From: an uncultured Methanolobus sp. | Lineage (GTDB): Archaea > Halobacteriota > Methanosarcinia > Methanosarcinales > Methanosarcinaceae | DNA length: 64,000 bases | Assembly (NCBI GenBank): GCA_963675495.1 | Contig: OY776215.1 | Span: 1 to 64,000, forward strand | Direction: 5' to 3' | Shown here: piece after piece, positions 1 through 10,955 of the stretch | Layout: the number at the start of each line of letters is the position of its first letter | Position numbering within the stretch: position 1 is the first letter of the stretch | Program-made: the position numbers and the translations under genes | Notes under the pieces: generated by a model | The model's database searches: none | The model's input: only the letters and a program-made list of their open reading frames with translations | What the model was told of the DNA's origin: nothing

Positions 1-422
1 CCGAATTAATCGCAAAGGTAGCAGAGAAGTTAAAAGAAAACGATAAGGTTAATCCCCCTGAGTGGGCAGCATATGTAAAGACCGGTGTACACAAAGAGCT
101 TCCGCCAGTCGACAGCGAATGGTGGTATACAAGATGTGCCGCAGTACTCAGGACAGTATATACCCAGGGTCCTATTGGTGTTGAAAGGCTGCGATCAGTC
201 TATGGTGGAAAGAAGAACAGAGGTGTCGCTCCGTCTGTAAAGGCAAAAGGAAGCGGTTCGATTGCAAGAGTAGCTCTGCAGCAGTTGGAAGAGGCAGGTT
301 TTGTACGTGCACTCAAGAGCGGTCGTGTGGTAGCTCCCCAGGGACAGTCCATGCTCGACAATGTTGCGTTTCAGGTGAAACAGGACCTCGTGGAAACCAT
401 TCCTGGTCTTGCTAAGTACTGA
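1..422 (+). CDS. rps19e: 30S ribosomal protein S19e (5'-truncated by window edge)
   Basis: Frame from nt 3 reads [11 protein letters not shown]...[46 protein letters not shown] at 420-422; canonical first gene of this operon; not in ORF track. Confidence 0.97.
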   Translation, partial: ELIAKVAEKLKENDKVNPPEWAAYVKTGVHKELPPVDSEWWYTRCAAVLRTVYTQGPIGVERLRSVYGGKKNRGVAPSVKAKGSGSIARVALQQLEEAGFVRALKSGRVVAPQGQSMLDNVAFQVKQDLVETIPGLAKY

Positions 423-494
423 TTGCATATTCCCTGTTTCGGTAACTCTATAAAGAATCGCTGTTTAAATTCCTGTAAAGCATAGGTGAGTTTC

Positions 495-854
495 ATGACG
501 GATGACCTTGAAGAAATAAGAAGAAGAAGGCTTGCGCAGATGCAGCAGCAACAGGCAGCTAATCCACAAATGAATGGCGGCGACATGCAGGCAGCAATGC
601 AGCAGGAGCAGGCACAGGCTGAAGTGGATGCAAAAAAGCAGGCTATGATGCGTCAGATACTGACTCCTGAAGCACGTGAAAGGCTGACAAATCTACGTAT
701 ATCCCGTAAGGAACTGGTAGAACAGCTTGAGTCCCAGTTGATCATGCTTGCACAAAGTGGTAGGCTTCAATCAATGATCGATGATGAGAAACTCAAACAA
801 CTTCTGGTTCAGATGCAACCTAAAAAGAGGGAACCGACCATTAAGCGTTTGTGA
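495..854 (+). CDS. PDCD5/TFAR19-family DNA-binding protein
   Basis: LEEIRRRRLAQ...ILTPEARERL..LR motif; RBS aggtgag before ATG 495; conserved position after rps19e. Confidence 0.95.
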   Translation: MTDDLEEIRRRRLAQMQQQQAANPQMNGGDMQAAMQQEQAQAEVDAKKQAMMRQILTPEARERLTNLRISRKELVEQLESQLIMLAQSGRLQSMIDDEKLKQLLVQMQPKKREPTIKRL

Positions 855-862
855 GTACCTCC

Positions 863-1480
863 ATGCAAATATCGGTCTTATTCAGCGGCGGAAAAGACAG
901 TTCTCTTTCCGCAATATTGCTGGAGCCATTCTTTGAGGTTGAACTTGTGACATGTGGTTTTTCGTTACTTCCTATCGGGGAAGTGGCCTCTGAAACTGCA
1001 GAAAGGCTTGGTTTTCCACACCGGATCATCAAACCTGACATATCGATCCTCGAAAAGGCATATGACATGATCATGCAGGATGGTTTTCCAAAGAACGCCA
1101 TCAATTTCATTCACAAGAATGTAATTGAGTACCTCGCGGCCGATGGTAATGTTTGTTTCATTGCCGATGGTATTCGTCGTGATGATCGTGTTCCTGTGTT
1201 GGGTCAACCTGAGATCAGGAGCATAGAGGACCGGTTCAGAGTTCATTATGTATGTCCCCTAAAAGGGTTTGGTAGGGCTGCTGTTAATGAACTTGTGAAA
1301 GAACACCTGATCATTGATGAAGGGCTTAGTGAGAATGTACTTAAAGCGGATTACGAAACCGAACTTCGGGAATTAATAAGTCAACGGCATGGTTCCGGGA
1401 TGATCAAGGAGATATTTCCAAGCCATGTTCAATCGCATGTTATCGAACGCAGGAAAGCAGGACAGAACAGAACAACATGA
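863..1480 (+). CDS. PP-loop (adenine nucleotide alpha-hydrolase) family protein
   Basis: LFSGGKDSS PP-loop, ADGIRRDDRVP and ADYETELR motifs; conserved synteny between PDCD5 and rpl39e. Confidence 0.9.
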   Translation: MQISVLFSGGKDSSLSAILLEPFFEVELVTCGFSLLPIGEVASETAERLGFPHRIIKPDISILEKAYDMIMQDGFPKNAINFIHKNVIEYLAADGNVCFIADGIRRDDRVPVLGQPEIRSIEDRFRVHYVCPLKGFGRAAVNELVKEHLIIDEGLSENVLKADYETELRELISQRHGSGMIKEIFPSHVQSHVIERRKAGQNRTT

Positions 1481-1562
1481 TTAGTGATTTGTGCATATAA
1501 TTATGCATGCTCAAAATTTAATCAATACCTTAATAATATCAATCATAGCATAGGTGAGACAA

Positions 1563-1718
1563 GTGAGCCACAATACTAAAGGACAGAAGACAAGGTTGGC
1601 AAAAGCACACAGGCAGAACCATAGGGTTCCTACCTGGGTCATCATAAAAACCAACCGTAAGGTTACCAGCCATCCACAGAGAAGGCACTGGAGAAGAAGC
1701 AGTCTTGATGTGAAATAA
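1563..1718 (+). CDS. rpl39e: 50S ribosomal protein L39e (51 aa, GTG start)
   Basis: Manual translation [51 protein letters not shown]; RBS aggtga; below ORF-track cutoff. Confidence 0.96.
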   Translation: MSHNTKGQKTRLAKAHRQNHRVPTWVIIKTNRKVTSHPQRRHWRRSSLDVK

Positions 1719-1731
1719 ACAGGTGATGACA

Positions 1732-1998
1732 ATGGCAGAAGATATAGTAAAAGAACAGATCTACACCATTCCTCTTCGCATAGTGAAGGCAACCCCTCGC
1801 TGGCAGAGGTCCAGGCAGGCTGTAAAAGTAATCAGGAAATATCTTATAAAACATATGAAGGTTGATCCTGAGATGGTCAAAATAGACAAGACCATCAATG
1901 AGAAAGTATGGGAACACGGTTCTGAGAAGCCACCATCGTCTATTCGCGTAAGAGCTGCAAAGTTCGAGGATGGCGAAGTACAGGCCGAGCTTGCATGA
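1732..1998 (+). CDS. rpl31e: 50S ribosomal protein L31e
   Basis: [34 protein letters not shown] motifs. Confidence 0.96.
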   Translation: MAEDIVKEQIYTIPLRIVKATPRWQRSRQAVKVIRKYLIKHMKVDPEMVKIDKTINEKVWEHGSEKPPSSIRVRAAKFEDGEVQAELA

Positions 1999-2035
1999 GT
2001 GCTCCCGGGCATCATTTAAGTTTGTAGATCATATA

Positions 2036-2689
2036 ATGATGAGAACTATAACTATTCAGGAAAGCCCCGTTATAGGGGCTTTTGCAACGTGTACGGAAGA
2101 TTTGGCGTTGGTACCACTGGGCACACCGGAAAAGACGTGTGATACTCTCAGTCAATTGTTACAGGTCAACGTAGTAAAAACTCTGGTCAATGGAAGTATT
2201 ATTGTAGGTTCACTTTGTCGTGGTAATTCCAATTCATTGCTTGTGCCAAGAGGGTCTACTATAAGGGGTCAGGAAAATATCGAAATTCCTATCCATGAAG
2301 TACCAGGTAAATTGAATGCAGTAGGCAATGTTGTCATGGCAAATGATACCGCTGCACTGGTTCATCCTGAACTCGGTGACAGGGCCATTGAGGTAATAGA
2401 AAAAACCTTGAAAGTTGATGTCAGGCGTGGCACAATAGGTGGAGCCAAGACCGTAGGCATGGCCGGAATTGCAACCAATAAAGGAATACTTGTAAATCCA
2501 CGTGCAACAAGTTCGGAACTTGAGGTTCTTGAAGAGCTTTTTGGACTTCCTGTTGATATCGGTACTACTAATTTTGGTACGCAAATGGTAGCTTCGGGGT
2601 TAATCGCTAATTCTAAAGGTTACGTTGCAGGTTCACAGACAACTGGTCATGAACTGGGAAGAATAGAAGATGCCCTAGGATTTTTATAA
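2036..2689 (+). CDS. eif6: Translation initiation factor 6 (aIF6)
   Basis: [52 protein letters not shown]. Confidence 0.96.
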   Translation: MMRTITIQESPVIGAFATCTEDLALVPLGTPEKTCDTLSQLLQVNVVKTLVNGSIIVGSLCRGNSNSLLVPRGSTIRGQENIEIPIHEVPGKLNAVGNVVMANDTAALVHPELGDRAIEVIEKTLKVDVRRGTIGGAKTVGMAGIATNKGILVNPRATSSELEVLEELFGLPVDIGTTNFGTQMVASGLIANSKGYVAGSQTTGHELGRIEDALGFL

Positions 2690-2708
2690 TACTAAACAGG
2701 TGATTCAA

Positions 2709-2885
2709 ATGAAGACATTTCAGGTCAAAGGCACATTTAAGGCCGGAGTAGCATGGGAAAAGTTCACAAAGGTCATTGAAAGCCAGAACGAGAAAAATGC
2801 ACTTGATAAAGTGTACTCACTCTTTGGCAGTAAACATGGTCTTAAAAGGAACTTAATTAAGATCGAAAGCATAAATGAGGCATAA
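2709..2885 (+). CDS. rpl18a: 50S ribosomal protein LX/L18Ae
   Basis: [30 protein letters not shown] signature; synteny. Confidence 0.93.
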   Translation: MKTFQVKGTFKAGVAWEKFTKVIESQNEKNALDKVYSLFGSKHGLKRNLIKIESINEA

Positions 2886-2888
2886 TTC

Positions 2889-3326
2889 ATGGTAGATATG
2901 AATGGACAGGACCCAAGGGTACTTGCAAACCAGCATCGTGAGTTCCAAAAACGCGCGGAAATGCTGCAGCAGCAGGTAGGCATGGTCCAGATGTCAATGG
3001 AAGATTGTAATCGTGCTCTGACAACTATTGAGGAGCTAGTCAATGTTTCAAAGGGTTCTGAAATGATGTTCCCTATAGGTTCCGGTTCATTTGTATATGC
3101 TAATATCGGCCATACTGATAAGGCAGTGGTCGATATTGGAGCAGGGCTAAGTGTCGAAAGACCCATTGCGGATGCAAAAGAGATATTGCAGCGCCGCAGG
3201 GAAAGACTAACCACAGCTCTTGACAATATGAACAATGCTCTGCTTCAATTAGGCCAGCAGATGCAGGCCATCGAATCTTTCCTCAACCAGCTTCAACAAG
3301 CTCAGGGGCAAGTAGGTTCCCAGTGA
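2889..3326 (+). CDS. pfdA: Prefoldin alpha subunit
   Basis: Coiled coils flanking FPIGSGSFVYA..VVDIGAGLSVER beta-hairpins. Confidence 0.95.
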   Translation: MVDMNGQDPRVLANQHREFQKRAEMLQQQVGMVQMSMEDCNRALTTIEELVNVSKGSEMMFPIGSGSFVYANIGHTDKAVVDIGAGLSVERPIADAKEILQRRRERLTTALDNMNNALLQLGQQMQAIESFLNQLQQAQGQVGSQ

Positions 3327-3366
3327 ACCTTTTTTCTATTTTTAAAAACTTTAAGGGTTGTATCAA

Positions 3367-4464
3367 GTGTTCAATAAGCTTAAAGCAAAACTTAGTGGCT
3401 TCAAGGAAAAAATTGGGACTAAAATAGATGAGAAAGCAGTTGCTGTAGAATCAGTGGAAACTGTAGATGACTCACAAGTACCCCCAATCGATGATTCTTC
3501 TGCTCAGGAGATTGTTGAGGTGGAACAATCTGTTCCAAAAGAAGCGGTTAAGATTGAAACTCCAAATAATAAGAAGGTTGGTTTTGCCCAGAAAGCAAAG
3601 GCTCTTGTTTTTGAAAGGGAGTTCATTCTTGAAGAAGACGACCTCGAAGAACCTTTGTGGGAACTTGAAATGGCTCTTCTTGAAAGTGATATTGCTCTCT
3701 CCGTGTCTGAAGCTATTGTCGAATCTGTGAAGGGACAACTTGTTGGTACAAGGCGTCGTATTGGCAGTAATACTGGAAATATTGTTGAAGATGCACTCAA
3801 GAAGGCTATCTATGATGTCATGAGTGCTAATGTATTCGATCTTGATGAATACGTTAAAAATGCCGATAAACCGGTACATATTGTTTTTATTGGTATTAAC
3901 GGCACAGGGAAAACAACGTCCATTGCCAAGTTATCAAAACGTTTCAAGGACCAGGGTCTGTCTGTTGTGGTTGCTGCAGGTGATACTTTCAGAGCAGGTG
4001 CCATAGATCAGCTTGCAATACACGCAAGTAAGGTCGGGGTAAAGATAATCAAACATCAGGAACAGGGCGATCCAGCTGCTGTTATTTATGATGCAATACA
4101 GCATGCAAAGGCCAATAAAGCCGATGTGGTACTTTCAGATACTGCAGGCAGGATGCATACTAATGTCAATCTGATGGAGCAGTTAAAAAAAGTATGTCGT
4201 GTAGCTCCGCCAGATCTGATCATCTTTGTTGATGAGGCAGTTGCAGGAAATGATGCCGTAGAGCGTGCAGCTCAGTTCAATGATGCTGTTGCGATAAATG
4301 GTTCTATTCTCACTAAAACCGACGCTGATTCAAAAGGTGGTGCAGCCATATCAATTGCATACATCACTGATAAACCAATATTATTCCTTGGAATGGGGCA
4401 GGGATATGATGATCTGCGCAAATTTGACCCTCAATGGTTTGTGGATCAGTTATTTGCAGAGTAA
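3367..4464 (+). CDS. ftsY: SRP receptor FtsY
   Basis: GINGTGKTT, DTFRAGA, DTAGR and TKTD GTPase motifs; MFNKLK N-terminus (GTG start). Confidence 0.97.
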   Translation: MFNKLKAKLSGFKEKIGTKIDEKAVAVESVETVDDSQVPPIDDSSAQEIVEVEQSVPKEAVKIETPNNKKVGFAQKAKALVFEREFILEEDDLEEPLWELEMALLESDIALSVSEAIVESVKGQLVGTRRRIGSNTGNIVEDALKKAIYDVMSANVFDLDEYVKNADKPVHIVFIGINGTGKTTSIAKLSKRFKDQGLSVVVAAGDTFRAGAIDQLAIHASKVGVKIIKHQEQGDPAAVIYDAIQHAKANKADVVLSDTAGRMHTNVNLMEQLKKVCRVAPPDLIIFVDEAVAGNDAVERAAQFNDAVAINGSILTKTDADSKGGAAISIAYITDKPILFLGMGQGYDDLRKFDPQWFVDQLFAE

Positions 4465-4506
4465 TCCCCACTCTTTTCTTTTTTGATCTGATTTTTCTTG
4501 TATTGT

Positions 4507-5289
4507 TTATTGTTTGCAAGTTTCTTTGAGCTCAGATGCAAGATCTTCCAGTCTCTTATTGATATTGTCACCTGAAGCGATAATATTGACAAATGCAGAA
4601 CCAACGATCACAGCATCTGCACCTGCTTTTATAACCTCAGCTGCCTGATGCCCATTGGATATGCCAAATCCGACTGCCTTTGGTACGTCCGTGTGGATGT
4701 TTCCTAGTATCTTCTTTGTTGAGTCCGCAACATCAACTCTCTCTCCGGTGACTCCTAGTCTTGAGACAATATAGACAAAACCGGAAGTTCTGCCAAGATT
4801 ATTCTTCATTCTTGATTCTGTTGTTACTGGGGTAATGAGAAATATCAGGTCAACACCGTTGTTTTTGCATGCTTCATGTAGTTCATCTGCCTCCTCAGCC
4901 GGGAGGTCAGGAACGATTATTCCGGTAATTCCGGACTCTGCACAATCTCTGGCAAACTTCTCTGTTCCTCTCTTGTATATCAGGTTGTAATATGTCATGC
5001 AAACAAGTGGAACATTTTCCTTCATGGATGCAGCCATTTCAAAATACAGATCAGGATTCATGCCTGCTGATAGTGCTCTTGTGGATGCAGCTTCTATGGT
5101 CGGGCCGTCTGCAACAGGGTCGGAAAACGGAAGTCCAAGTTCAACTATGTCCGCACCGCCTTTTACAAGTGAATGCACGATCTCTTTTGTAGCTTCTGCA
5201 GAAGGATCACCTGCACACACGTAAGCAATAAGCGCTTTTTCCTTCTTTTCTTTAAGTTCAGTGAATTTGTCTTCTATTCTCACATACAA
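4507..5289 (-). CDS. trpA: Tryptophan synthase alpha subunit
   Basis: [34 protein letters not shown]. Confidence 0.98.
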   Translation of the reverse strand: MYVRIEDKFTELKEKKEKALIAYVCAGDPSAEATKEIVHSLVKGGADIVELGLPFSDPVADGPTIEAASTRALSAGMNPDLYFEMAASMKENVPLVCMTYYNLIYKRGTEKFARDCAESGITGIIVPDLPAEEADELHEACKNNGVDLIFLITPVTTESRMKNNLGRTSGFVYIVSRLGVTGERVDVADSTKKILGNIHTDVPKAVGFGISNGHQAAEVIKAGADAVIVGSAFVNIIASGDNINKRLEDLASELKETCKQ

Positions 5290-6491
5290 CCCTCCTTTTT
5301 TTCTTTTGCCTCTTCTTCTTTCAACCTAAACACAGTTTCAAGATCCTTGTCTCCTCTTCCTGAAAGACTGATTACAACAAGGTCTCCTAGTTCACCTGTT
5401 TTTGCCATTTTCATTACATATGCAACTGCATGGGATGATTCCAGTGCAGGGATTATTCCTTCAAGACGGCTCAGTTCGTAGAACGCTTCCAATGCTTCAT
5501 CATCGTTCACATTGCATGGCTTGATTCTTCCAATCTCCGCAAGGTGGGCCAGTTCAGGTCCAACACCTGAGTAATCAAGACCAGCAGAAACCGAGCTTGA
5601 TTCAAGTATCTGTCCATATTTATCCTGGAGTATGAGTGTATGTGCTCCCTGGAGAATTCCCTCTTCTCCAACACAGAGGGAAGAAGAATGTAATGCCTCT
5701 TTCTCTGTTGTCTTCATTTCCTTGCCGCCTGCTTCTACAGGGAAGAGTTTCACTTCTTTATTTTCAATGAAAGGATGGAATATTCCCATTGCATTGCTCC
5801 CGCCACCTGCACAAGCAACAATGGAATCCGGGTAACGACCTTCTTTTTCCATGATCTGTTCTTTAACTTCCTTTCCGATCACACTTTGAAAATCACGCAC
5901 TATCATTGGGTAAGGGTGTGGCCCTACAACAGAGCCAATTAGATAGTGTGTGTTCTCTACATTGGTGACCCAGTCCCTTAGTGCTTCATTGATTGCATCT
6001 TTCAGGGTCTTTGACCCTGACTCAACAGCATTGACCTTACAGCCCATGAGTTCCATTCTGTATACATTCATATGCTGGCGAATAACATCTTTCGCACCCA
6101 TGTAAACTTCAGATTTAAATCCCATATTTGCTGCAGCCATTGCAGTTGCAGTACCATGTTGTCCAGCTCCGGTCTCTGCGATGATGCGTTCCTTTTTCAT
6201 ATATTTGGCTAGAAGCGCCTGTCCAAGAGTGTTGTTTAATTTGTGTGCTCCGCCGTGTACGAGGTCTTCTCTTTTAAGGTATATCTTGATTCCGTATTTT
6301 TTGCTGAGGTTCCTTGCAAAATAAAGGGGAGTTTCCCTGCCTGCAAATTCCTTCATATAGTAGTCAAGTTCTGCAAGAAATTCCGGATCATCTTTGTAAT
6401 GTTCGTAAGCTTCTTCAAGTTCTTCAAGTGCCGGCATAAGTACTTCGGGAACGAACTGCCCTCCGAATTTGCCATACATTGATTTTTTCAT
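5280..6491 (-). CDS. trpB: Tryptophan synthase beta subunit
   Basis: [15 protein letters not shown] (PLP lysine), [28 protein letters not shown]. Confidence 0.98.
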   Translation of the reverse strand: MKKSMYGKFGGQFVPEVLMPALEELEEAYEHYKDDPEFLAELDYYMKEFAGRETPLYFARNLSKKYGIKIYLKREDLVHGGAHKLNNTLGQALLAKYMKKERIIAETGAGQHGTATAMAAANMGFKSEVYMGAKDVIRQHMNVYRMELMGCKVNAVESGSKTLKDAINEALRDWVTNVENTHYLIGSVVGPHPYPMIVRDFQSVIGKEVKEQIMEKEGRYPDSIVACAGGGSNAMGIFHPFIENKEVKLFPVEAGGKEMKTTEKEALHSSSLCVGEEGILQGAHTLILQDKYGQILESSSVSAGLDYSGVGPELAHLAEIGRIKPCNVNDDEALEAFYELSRLEGIIPALESSHAVAYVMKMAKTGELGDLVVISLSGRGDKDLETVFRLKEEEAKEKKEGCM

Positions 6492-6512
6492 AATCTTCCT
6501 CCATCTCTTAAA

Positions 6513-7313
6513 TTAATCAAGTGCATCAACAAGTTCCTTTGTTTTTGCGTATATGTCACCACTTTTGATTATTGAAGTGCCTACAAGCACTGCATCAGCT
6601 CCCGCTTCAATAACCATTTTGATATCTTCTATATTATGCATTCCACTTTCACTGACTATACTGTGACATGAGCCGTTGACTTTGTCAAAATCCCTTATAA
6701 TCGGAGCAAGTTCAATTGTGGTGTCCAGATCGATCTCCAGAGTACTAAGATTCCGGTTATTGATGCCGATGAGTCTCGCATTTGTTTTAAGGGCTTCTTC
6801 AAGCTCATCTTTGTCATGTATCTCTACAAGTGGTTCAAATCCTTTTGATATGGCCAGATCTACCATTTCATTAAGCTCATTTCCAAGAATGCCCGCGATT
6901 AGTAATATTAGGTCACTTTCTATCTCATCAAACTGGACTTTATTGACGATAAAGTCCTTGCGCAATACTGGGATGGATACTTTTTTTCTAACAGCTTCGA
7001 GGTTATTGGTCGAGCCATGGAAAAACTCAGGTTCTGTAAGCACGGATATCGCAATAGCACCGGCTCTTTCCATCTCTTTTGCTATCCTTGCAGCGTCATC
7101 CGGTAATATGTCCATTAATTTTTTTCCAGGTGAAGATGGTTTTACTTCAGCTATAACGGCAACCTTTTTTTCATTTTTCTTTTCTTTTATGGCGTTGATG
7201 ATGTCTCTTTTTTCATCTGTGTTTTTTAAATTTACTTTCTCTCCAATCCCAGTTTTAATTTTTGAGATTCTGTTTTCAGTCGATTTAACTATATTATTTA
7301 TAACTGAGTGCAT
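6513..7313 (-). CDS. trpC: Indole-3-glycerol-phosphate synthase
   Basis: IAEVKPSSP, ISVLTEP..F.G, LRKDFI, GINNRNL, VSESG, VLVGTS. Confidence 0.97.
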   Translation of the reverse strand: MHSVINNIVKSTENRISKIKTGIGEKVNLKNTDEKRDIINAIKEKKNEKKVAVIAEVKPSSPGKKLMDILPDDAARIAKEMERAGAIAISVLTEPEFFHGSTNNLEAVRKKVSIPVLRKDFIVNKVQFDEIESDLILLIAGILGNELNEMVDLAISKGFEPLVEIHDKDELEEALKTNARLIGINNRNLSTLEIDLDTTIELAPIIRDFDKVNGSCHSIVSESGMHNIEDIKMVIEAGADAVLVGTSIIKSGDIYAKTKELVDALD

Positions 7314-7337
7314 TGAATAACCACGTCTGCTGTATGA

Positions 7338-7353
7338 TGTACAAATATGTACA
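7338..7353. promoter_or_regulatory. Probable TrpY operator (two TGTACA TRP boxes, 4-nt spacer)
   Basis: tgtaca-aata-tgtaca between the trpC start and the AT-rich promoter; TGTACA is the TrpY box known from Methanothermobacter. Confidence 0.75.
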
Positions 7354-7499
7354 TAAGAGTCAATGTATTTAAAAATATCGGCGCATAGTCTTATTTAATA
7401 ATGATATTCTATGTTCTTCTCAATGAATAAGTTTGCATTAAGGGTTCCCACTTTTATCTTTAAGAAGAAGTCCATATTGGAATCGTTCTGTCCATTATA

Positions 7500-8145
7500 T
7501 TAAATATGGGCCATATGTTCCTGAATACCTAATTTTTCCTGAACTGTAATTGGCGGGAAATATGCAAGATATGCAAGCACATTTTTTATCAAAACAAATA
7601 ATCTTGCAAACATCTGCATCACATCAACTATTACAATCATATCTTTAAGAATGAAGTCAAAGATGAAGGGTGTGGTAACAAGTGGAAGGGCTGTTCTATA
7701 ACGTATCCTTTTTGGCATTCTTTGCAAGAATATGAGTAGCAAAAGCTCAAGTATCATTGAAGTAGGTATGGCAAACAGACCCATGGGGTAAAGATTTATA
7801 GCCGCGTTGCTGTTGATCATGAATGTGGATTTCTATTCAGTCACCCTGGGTCCTATTATTCCACTGCTATACAAAAAAGTAAGATAAGCTGCTCCTATTA
7901 TAGTGAATATCAGTGCAATATATTCTCCGATTCTTGTGCTACTTGTTATCATATATATTATAAAAAAGAATAGTGGAACTGGTATACATGCAAACGTAAT
8001 TGCTGTTATGGGATATAGGGTAGCGTCCATCTCCTGGTTTCCCAAATAAGCAATGAACATCCTTACTGCTGTTGGCAGGTATTTCATTCTTACAATTGAT
8101 CAGAATGCCATAATGAAAAAAGAGCAGGTTTGCTATTCTCTTTAG
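7500..8145 (-). pseudogene. Decayed paralog of the 7TM membrane protein at 10096-10890
   Basis: ORFs 7833-8087 and 7500-7820 are in frame, split by TAG, and align without gaps to the intact copy (YLPT..RM, GPRVTE*KSTFMINS vs GPDVSTVSSLFMINS, LQRMPKR.RYRTALPLV, LAYFPP.T.QEKLGI); upstream there is a TGA and a frameshift (SKPALFSL in another frame); N-terminus missing. Confidence 0.88.
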
Positions 8146-8229
8146 TTTAATAGTAACCCTTAGTTCATTTCTGTTTATAATTGTATTCAATGTATTTTAT
8201 TTATATATTTTTATTATGCAAGTGTTGCT

Positions 8230-8259
8230 TGTTTGGTGTTTGACATTTCCAACCAAACA
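8230..8259. promoter_or_regulatory. Conserved operator-like element upstream of archaellin 1 (copy 1)
   Basis: tgtttggt-gtttgacatttcca-accaaaca: 8-bp inverted repeat immediately 5' of TATA tttatat; near-identical copy at 10956-10983. Confidence 0.65.
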
Positions 8260-8329
8260 GTATTTATATTAATTATTACTATATTATTAATATATCCAAA
8301 ATTAATAAAATATAAGAAGAAGGTCGTAC

Positions 8330-9112
8330 ATGAAAGCAAACAAAGCATTACATTTAAACAAAAATACTAGGGCCCAAGTGGGAATTGGTACTCTTATCAT
8401 ATTCATCGCAATGGTGCTCGTTGCAGCAGTTGCAGCTGCTGTGCTTATTCAGACTTCTGGTGTACTTCAGCAAAAAGCTCAGTCCACAGGAAAACAGGCA
8501 ACTCAGGAAGTTTCGTCTAACCTGATGGTCAAAAATATCGAAGGGATACGTGCAAAGAACACATCAGTACTCATGGCAGAAAACGTTTCACTGTTGAAAC
8601 TAAAAGTTGCATTGAATGTAGGAAGTTCTCCGGTTGATGTGAATCAGGTTGTTATTTCCATTACAGATGGGGCTACTACAAATAACCTGATATATGCCAA
8701 CAATGCGAAAACATATGGGAATGCTATGCAGGACTTCAGTAGTGATGCTACAGGAGCTGTGAATCTGGGGAAAATGCTGGAATCAACACAGACTACTCCT
8801 GGTGATAATGCAAAGTATTTTTATACTGTTGATAAGATCCGTGATGAAGACGGTTCCTTTACTCAGGGGAAACCTGTGATGAATGCCGGTGACCTTGTTA
8901 CGTTCTATATTTCTACTGTTGCGGCAGATGACACCGCTTATACTAAGGTGGGCACTTCAACTGTGTCTGCTCTTAAGAGTACTGATCTTGTAATTGAGCC
9001 GAGGACTGTTGTTAACATAGTACTCACGCCTGAATCTGGTGCAGCAACAACTGCAGAATTTGTGACACCATCTTCATATGGTATTAAGGAAACAGTGCAA
9101 TTGTATCCATAA
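8330..9112 (+). CDS. flaB: Archaellin (FlaB/ArlB family), 260 aa
   Basis: Class III signal peptide (..TRA/QVGIGTLIIFIAMVLVAAVAA), conserved QQKAQSTG..A..EVSS, GDLV and PESG motifs. Confidence 0.95.
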   Translation: MKANKALHLNKNTRAQVGIGTLIIFIAMVLVAAVAAAVLIQTSGVLQQKAQSTGKQATQEVSSNLMVKNIEGIRAKNTSVLMAENVSLLKLKVALNVGSSPVDVNQVVISITDGATTNNLIYANNAKTYGNAMQDFSSDATGAVNLGKMLESTQTTPGDNAKYFYTVDKIRDEDGSFTQGKPVMNAGDLVTFYISTVAADDTAYTKVGTSTVSALKSTDLVIEPRTVVNIVLTPESGAATTAEFVTPSSYGIKETVQLYP

Positions 9113-9137
9113 GGTGATATTGTATCACCTTTTTTTT
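9111..9137 (+). terminator. Stem-loop plus U-tract terminator after archaellin 1
   Basis: aaggtgata-ttg-tatcacctt followed by a T run. Confidence 0.75.
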
Positions 9138-9740
9138 ATTTATTCGTTAGTCCTTTAGTTCGTTTTTTTGTATTAATTGATTGATTGAGTGATAGATTGA
9201 TTTTTATTTACCTTGTTCTGCTAACTTTATGATGTCAGTCCAATAGTGTGCATTTATGTTAATGTGCGTTGTTTACAGTTTTGCATAAAAGTTCTGGTTC
9301 TAAGGGTAGTATCTCATCCAATTACAGAACCATATATTGGTTTTATCTGACATTGCCTATTTTATCTACTGCCACTAGGAAATATCATAATAATTGGAAA
9401 CAGATATACATTATAATTTAATAGATAAATTTAGTTCCAATATTTGGGCATTCACCAATTCCTTTAATTGGCTGGTGTTGTCGGCAGTTTGAATCACAGG
9501 TGTAATGACTAGTTACGAAGTTCCATATTTATCAATAGATCCATAATTTAATGGGTCCGAAACAAAAAAAGGTTTATAGAAATCCTATTAATAACAAATT
9601 CATAACCATAGAACAATTCATGTTCGTGCAGATCTGGTTAAACCTGTGGTTTATGTTATTGAGGTGGAGTTTTATTGGGTCAAAAAGTAATTATTATAAG
9701 AAGCCAGTACTGGCTGAAAGATCTGTGTTAAAAAAGAGTT

Positions 9741-10103
9741 TCAGGGCATTCTTTCTATGATCTCACCCATTCTCTTGTTCTTTTTGTAGAATGCAGTGCT
9801 GTCTTTGAGGAAGTTGGCTGCTGTAAGTCCTTTATCCGTAATGATGTATCCACCTCTTTTGACCTTTTCAGCAAGGCCTTCAAACTGGAATATAGTTTTC
9901 ATTTTGCTTCCAATACTTCCTTTATCTGCAAATTGGTCAGTATACCTTCTGATATCTGCAAATTCTGTGATCTTGCCTTCATTCTTTCCAAGAACTTTCA
10001 GTATTATCCTGTACTGCATGTCGCCAGGTCCCTGATGTATTCCCAATGACTGGTAAAATTCGGCTACTTCCTGCTCCAGTTCAACATTTATCTCTTCAGA
10101 CAT
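9741..10103 (-). CDS. Putative winged-helix protein (120 aa), coupled to the 7TM gene
   Basis: ATG 10103 overlaps the upstream stop (ATGTCTGA); RIILKVL..., FEGLAEKVKRGGYIITDKG wing-like motif. Confidence 0.6.
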   Translation of the reverse strand: MSEEINVELEQEVAEFYQSLGIHQGPGDMQYRIILKVLGKNEGKITEFADIRRYTDQFADKGSIGSKMKTIFQFEGLAEKVKRGGYIITDKGLTAANFLKDSTAFYKKNKRMGEIIERMP

Positions 10104-10890
10104 CGAGTTCCTCCTCCTCTTCGTTATCGATGTCTTCTTCAGTTTCATATAGTTCGTATGAGTATCTTTTTATTCCCAATTTTTCCTGTAGTGTCAATGG
10201 TGGGAAATATGCCAGGAATGCCTGCACTGTTCCAATAAGTACGAATATCCTTGCAGTAAGTTGCATGACATCTGTCAAAGTTATCATGTCCGTGAGCATA
10301 AAATCAAAAACAAAAGAGATTGCCACCAGCGGCAGTGCAGTTCTGTATCTGAGCCTTTTAGGCATACGCTGAAGGAATATCAAAAACAGAAGGCCAAGTA
10401 TCATTGCAGTTGGTATTACAAAAAGGCCTACCAGGTAGATGTTTATTGCAATTTCACTGTTGATCATAAAAAGGGATGATACTGTTGAAACATCAGGCCC
10501 GATAACTCCTTTTGTATATAAAAAAGTCAGGTATGCAACTCCGAAAAAAACAAAAAGTAATGATGTGTAGGCACTTATTTTTTTATCCCCTACTATTACA
10601 TACATTATGAAAAATACCAGAGGCACGGTGACAAATGAGAATGGTATGGCTGCTAGGTTATACATCATAAAATCAAGTGTAGGCATATCCAGATATGCAG
10701 CAATCATTCTTATTGTGGTGGGTAGGTATGTAAGACCTACAAGAGACCATAAGATGACTAATGACCAAAGTGCTGGTTTGCTTTTGTCCGAGTGTTCCTG
10801 CTCGCTACGTGCCAGTACCCATGCAAAAGCAAATGATGATATTGTAATTGCAAAACATATAGTTGCATTTAGTAATAGGCCCGCATTCAT
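10096..10890 (-). CDS. Integral membrane protein with about 7 TM helices and an acidic C-tail (putative sensor)
   Basis: Seven hydrophobic segments; tail EEDIDNEEEEELDV; RBS gaggga; divergent from archaellin 2. Confidence 0.8.
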   Translation of the reverse strand: MNAGLLLNATICFAITISSFAFAWVLARSEQEHSDKSKPALWSLVILWSLVGLTYLPTTIRMIAAYLDMPTLDFMMYNLAAIPFSFVTVPLVFFIMYVIVGDKKISAYTSLLFVFFGVAYLTFLYTKGVIGPDVSTVSSLFMINSEIAINIYLVGLFVIPTAMILGLLFLIFLQRMPKRLRYRTALPLVAISFVFDFMLTDMITLTDVMQLTARIFVLIGTVQAFLAYFPPLTLQEKLGIKRYSYELYETEEDIDNEEEEELDV

Positions 10891-10955
10891 TTAATCCCTC
10901 ATATTTTTATTTATACATTGTTAATATATAATATTTGCTAATTATGTAACTTCAA

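Noticed and set aside
6676-7320. Long antisense ORFs (for example 6676-7320, 2720-3235, 23150-23575, 36128-36775)
   Set aside because: Shadows of well-supported genes on the opposite strand, with no motifs or RBS
7818-7835. In-frame TAG joining the two 7TM fragments as a possible pyrrolysine read-through
   Set aside because: The same copy also has an upstream TGA, a frameshift, a missing N-terminus and charged substitutions in TM helices; pseudogene decay is the simpler explanation
9140-9740. ORF 9551-9760 or an RNA gene in the gap after archaellin 1
   Set aside because: AT-rich, no RBS, no recognisable motif or convincing structure
10096-10890. Microbial rhodopsin
   Set aside because: About seven TMs, but no DxxxK retinal-binding motif in the last helix
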